From contig JBGSJJ010000003.1 of assembly GCA_041742075.1 (NCBI GenBank), forward strand, positions 1 through 40,486: a stretch of 40,486 bases of DNA, in the 5' to 3' direction. The translations under genes were made by a program, and so were the position numbers. This DNA is from Minisyncoccia bacterium (GTDB lineage: Bacteria > Patescibacteriota > Minisyncoccia > Phycocordibacterales > UBA918). Positions 37,148 through 40,486 of the stretch are shown here, piece after piece. A model generated the notes under the pieces. It was given only the letters and a program-made list of their open reading frames with translations, made no database searches and was not told the DNA's origin. Position 1 is the first letter of the stretch, and the number at the start of each line of letters is the position of its first letter.

Positions 37148-38953
37148 CTAGTTAAACAAGTAGAGGTACTCCCCGTAGCCTTTGCCTTCCATTTCTTCCT
37201 TCGGCACAAACAAAAGTGAAGCAGAATTAGTACAGAATCGTCGTCCTCCCTCCTCGACTGGCCCATCATCAAACACATGTCCGACGTGCCCCGCATCACT
37301 CCGCACTTCTGTCCGTGTTGTCGAAAGTGAATTATCTGCATGAAGCGTCACTGAGTCGTCATCAATAGTGCGCCAGAAACTCGGCCACCCCGTACCTGAG
37401 TCATACTTGTGCGTACTTGAAAACAGTGGCTTTTGGGTCACGATGTCAACATAAATACCCTCGGCTTTATTGTCCCAATACTTGTTGTTAAACGGTGACT
37501 CAGTACCGTTTTCAGCGACGACATGATACGCCAACGGATCGAGATTTTTAAGCAACTCTGCAATCTCTTCTTCAGTGTAGTCGTAGTCTTTCTTTATGGT
37601 TTCGTTCATAGAAGTTTTTTGTTCAGTTTCTAAAAATTGAATTGCAGCATCTTTTGCCCAAGTTTCTTCCACAAAGCCTGCTCGGCCGGAACCCTTTTTA
37701 TAGCGCTCATAGTGATCTGAGGCTTTTTTGTAGTAATCCTGGTGGTATTCTTCAGCTTTAAAGAAGTTAGTAAACGATAGAATCTCAGTGGCAATCGGTT
37801 TATCAAAGAGCCCACTTTCCTCTAACCGTTTTTTAGAGTCAAGGATTAACTCTTTCTGAGCTTCATTGTGATAGAAAATCGCCGTGGTGTACTGAAAACC
37901 GGTGTCTGCAAACTGTCCGTCAGTGTCAGTTGGATCAATGTGTGACCAGTAAATATCAAGTATTTGTTCAGTTGAGATAAGCTGTGGGTCATAGGTTATT
38001 TGAACGGCCTCACGGTGCTTAGTAGCTCCTTTGGCCACTGCTAGATACGATGCGTCTTGTTCGCTTCCCCCGGCATATCCAGAAACAGCCTCAACCACCC
38101 CAGGATTTTCTTGAAAATAAGCTTCTGTACACCAGAAACAACCTCCAGCCAGCGTAATCACTTCATAATCATTGTTTGACTTCATCATTTTTTCCACGAC
38201 CGGCTCAACCAACATCTCTTTTGGAGCAAATTTTTCAATGAGTGAGTCCTCAAGCTGTATCGTAGCTCCATATCCTGAATCAAGGATTGCTGTTTCTATC
38301 TTTTTGTCATACCCGGTAAGAATAAGTACCCCAACAATAACAATGAGAGCACCGAATATTTGTTTAATTTTTCCGGTTGTCTGCATATGTTCACTGACTT
38401 TATTTACAATCCTTTGTCCGAAATAGGCAATTAAGAGCAGAGCAAGTGCCAAACCAAAGGTAAACCCAAGTAGGTACACAAACCCAACTAAGAAACTAGC
38501 CGGTAGCGTGGTCGCAATGATAAATAAATACGTCGGGGAGCAGGTAGTAAACACTGGACCAAGTGCCAGACCCATGAGGGCGTCCCCTCTATAACTTTTC
38601 TTTTGGTAACCGGCTCCGACTGCTTTATTACTGATGACGCTGATTTTTTGTATCAGGGGTACTTTGCTCCAAAGCGTTGGGAACAAAATTGCCAACCCGA
38701 CCAAAACGATAACGATGCCAGAGAAGCTGCTCCAAAAAGATTGCGGGATGGCAATATACAGCGTACTGGCCTTGAGAAGCAACGTGAAGATAATTACCGA
38801 GAGCGAGAGAGACCCAATCACTACGATTGCCCGTTTTGAGACATGTCGCTCTCCTGCCTCGGAAGCTCCCACCACAATCGGCAGGAGCGGAAAGATACAT
38901 GGCGCAACTACCGTAAACAATCCTGCTAAGATTGCGATGAAAAAGAAAATCAT
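37148..38953 (-). CDS. msrAB: CcdA-MsrA-MsrB fusion protein
   Basis: CcdA motifs APCIFPLLP and FTTCSP; MsrA AGGCFWC and AEEYHQDYY; MsrB GWPSF, HVGHVF and RFCTNS. Start refined to MIFFF. Confidence 0.92.
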   Translation of the reverse strand: MIFFFIAILAGLFTVVAPCIFPLLPIVVGASEAGERHVSKRAIVVIGSLSLSVIIFTLLLKASTLYIAIPQSFWSSFSGIVIVLVGLAILFPTLWSKVPLIQKISVISNKAVGAGYQKKSYRGDALMGLALGPVFTTCSPTYLFIIATTLPASFLVGFVYLLGFTFGLALALLLIAYFGQRIVNKVSEHMQTTGKIKQIFGALIVIVGVLILTGYDKKIETAILDSGYGATIQLEDSLIEKFAPKEMLVEPVVEKMMKSNNDYEVITLAGGCFWCTEAYFQENPGVVEAVSGYAGGSEQDASYLAVAKGATKHREAVQITYDPQLISTEQILDIYWSHIDPTDTDGQFADTGFQYTTAIFYHNEAQKELILDSKKRLEESGLFDKPIATEILSFTNFFKAEEYHQDYYKKASDHYERYKKGSGRAGFVEETWAKDAAIQFLETEQKTSMNETIKKDYDYTEEEIAELLKNLDPLAYHVVAENGTESPFNNKYWDNKAEGIYVDIVTQKPLFSSTHKYDSGTGWPSFWRTIDDDSVTLHADNSLSTTRTEVRSDAGHVGHVFDDGPVEEGGRRFCTNSASLLFVPKEEMEGKGYGEYLYLFN

Positions 38954-38954
38954 A

Positions 38955-39569
38955 TTACTGAATTTGAGCAATCAGCTTATCTAGACTTGAACTACCACTC
39001 CACTTCTTAATCAGATTTCCATCCTTATCAACCTGTACTAAGGTATGTTGACTTGTCACTCCATACTTTTTCTTAAGCTCAGTCTCTTTGTCGTAGTCAG
39101 CTTTAAGGATAGTTGTTCCGGCTGGAATAGCACTCAGGTTGCTTTCAATATTTGAATTAAGACCACGACATGATGGACACCATGAGGCATGGAAGAAAAT
39201 AACCACGTCACCAGTCTCCGCCATTGCCAACTTTTCGGTACTATATGCCTCGTACGAACCAATTTTGGCCATAGTAACATCATCTTTCACCATGTCTTCA
39301 TCTTTATCCATCATCTCATCCTTCATCATAGTTTCATCTTTTTTCATAGCTTCATCCTGCATCATATCTGCCTTTTCCATGTCTCCAACTTTTTCATCTT
39401 CCATCATACCCGCGTCTTTTTCAGCCATACTCGTATCGTCCATCATTTTTTCATCCATATTTTCAGCTTTCATCGCCATATCCTCCTTACTACTCATCGT
39501 TGCATACACGGCACCAGCAATAACGAGTAAAACCACAACTCCGACTACAACTCCAATATTTTTATTCAT
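38955..39569 (-). CDS. Membrane-anchored thioredoxin with a Met-rich linker
   Basis: TM anchor, ~78-aa M/K/D/E-rich tract, FHASWCPSC. Confidence 0.9.
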   Translation of the reverse strand: MNKNIGVVVGVVVLLVIAGAVYATMSSKEDMAMKAENMDEKMMDDTSMAEKDAGMMEDEKVGDMEKADMMQDEAMKKDETMMKDEMMDKDEDMVKDDVTMAKIGSYEAYSTEKLAMAETGDVVIFFHASWCPSCRGLNSNIESNLSAIPAGTTILKADYDKETELKKKYGVTSQHTLVQVDKDGNLIKKWSGSSSLDKLIAQIQ

Positions 39570-39620
39570 ATTCAAATTAATTAATTGACGACTTATGCAT
39601 CAGTGACAGTATAAAGAAAA

Positions 39621-39658
39621 ACAGTACAAATGTAAAGTAAACTTTACATTTGTACTGT
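39621..39658. promoter_or_regulatory. Perfect palindrome, candidate XRE operator
   Basis: ACAGTACAAATGTAAAGT-AA-ACTTTACATTTGTACTGT (18-bp arms); core GTAAAG-N4-CTTTAC. Confidence 0.7.
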
Positions 39659-39677
39659 GGATACTTTATTTGATTTA

Positions 39678-40040
39678 TTACAGGTTACGATCACTCCAAT
39701 GACGCGTCACTATCTTGGCTATCACCATTGCAATGAGCGCAACGACGAGCCACGGGTCAACAGTATGGGTGTACCCTTGAATCACTATGCCGAGCATAAT
39801 AATCCCCGAGCCGACCAAAAACGCATTTCTTCCCGCGAGTGACTTATGTTGCTCTTCTCGTTCATCAACTGCCCGCTCACGAAGAATAAAACTCGCAAAC
39901 AGTCCGAACAAGGCGAGCGCAAACGCAAGCATACCCATGACCATCATGTCAGGCATCCAAAAGTGAAATGGATTAAGCAACAACACCGCAATTGCTATGA
40001 GAGACACCGTGACGATAGTTTCTATAATATTATTATTCAT
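39678..40040 (-). CDS. DUF2178-like membrane protein
   Basis: Four TM helices with a central DERE...AGRNAF; overlaps the XRE gene stop by 8 nt. Confidence 0.75.
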   Translation of the reverse strand: MNNNIIETIVTVSLIAIAVLLLNPFHFWMPDMMVMGMLAFALALFGLFASFILRERAVDEREEQHKSLAGRNAFLVGSGIIMLGIVIQGYTHTVDPWLVVALIAMVIAKIVTRHWSDRNL

Positions 40041-40242
40041 ACGATATTTTAAATAGTTTTTCAACTGGCACCTTAAAATAACCAGCTATCTTTAAAGCCA
40101 GTAAAATGGAGGGGGTGTAATTTCCTTTTTCAAGGGCAATAATGGTCTGACGGCTCACTTCCACTTCACTCGCCAACTCTTCTTGAGTGAGGCCTTTGCC
40201 GGTTCGATATTTACTTACATCATTTTGTATCTTTTCTTTCAT
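40033..40242 (-). CDS. XRE-family HTH transcriptional regulator
   Basis: [30 protein letters not shown]. Confidence 0.95.
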   Translation of the reverse strand: MKEKIQNDVSKYRTGKGLTQEELASEVEVSRQTIIALEKGNYTPSILLALKIAGYFKVPVEKLFKISYE

Positions 40243-40282
40243 ACACTAACTTAGTTTAAGTATACATAGTAAAACTCCATAA

Positions 40283-40298
40283 GTAAAGACAACTTTAC
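40283..40298. promoter_or_regulatory. Second copy of the operator core, upstream of the XRE gene
   Basis: GTAAAG-ACAA-CTTTAC. Confidence 0.65.
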
Positions 40299-40346
40299 AT
40301 TGTCACCGGTAGCTTACTCGGGTTTATACCACTCAAGTAGTACCAC

Positions 40347-40486
40347 TGGAAGGTACCCCAAATTTGGCACACCTTTTCTAAAGTCTTTTGATAATACTAG
40401 AGTTGTTGTGTAGCAGCAAACTGTCGTGGCGACAACCTGAGTGCGGAGTGGAGTCTTCGCTCGTTGTAGTAGTTCAAGGTCTGGTA
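40347..40486 (-). mobile_element. IS3-family insertion sequence, right end (right IR 40347-40384), truncated by the window edge
   Basis: TGGAAGGTACCCCAAATTTGGCACACCTTTTCTAAAGT matches 30/38 nt of the IR at 103-140. Confidence 0.85.
40397..40486 (-). CDS. IS3-family transposase OrfB / integrase core, C-terminal fragment (partial)
   Basis: My translation: YQTLNYYNERRLHSALRLSPRQFAATQQL*, the YNxxRxHSxL motif of DDE integrase cores. Confidence 0.85.
   Translation of the reverse strand, partial: YQTLNYYNERRLHSALRLSPRQFAATQQL

Noticed and set aside
4627-39588. Long antisense or overlapping ORFs (e.g. 4627-5232, 17977-18510, 24100-24714, 39139-39588) and the apparent rlmB/methyltransferase overlap
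   Set aside because: They shadow well-supported genes and carry no motifs. The overlaps disappear once start codons are refined.
1-40486. Circular plasmid or element closed by a single IS
   Set aside because: No target-site duplication across the two flanks, no rep gene, and the content is core chromosomal.

Overview
Chromosomal segment of a small-genome bacterium using standard code 11. Gene content and protein styles suggest Patescibacteria/CPR, probably Parcubacteria (inference). Each end runs into a partial copy of the same IS3-family element, both on the minus strand: left IR plus orfA start at 1-140, and right IR plus integrase C-terminus at 40347-40486. Core genes include glmS, tsaC, tsaD, valS, lepA, murJ, rlmB, mltG, a csp gene, RNase P RNA, tRNA-Val(GAC), tRNA-Phe(GAA) and tRNA-Arg(CCT), with ORFans between them. 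Main observations: (1) a ~100-nt non-coding repeat whose copies keep a two-domain fold through compensatory base changes and sit in arrays of duplicated or inverted tRNA 3' ends; (2) an XRE-linked envelope redox cluster (Met-rich thioredoxin, CcdA-MsrA-MsrB fusion, DsbB, Cys-rich exported proteins) with paired palindromic operators; (3) a zinc-ribbon/RDD protein carrying three tandem pilin-like heads; (4) two candidate structured RNAs; (5) many genes with an extended -10 box directly before the ATG. All calls come from reading motifs by eye; no database searches were run.
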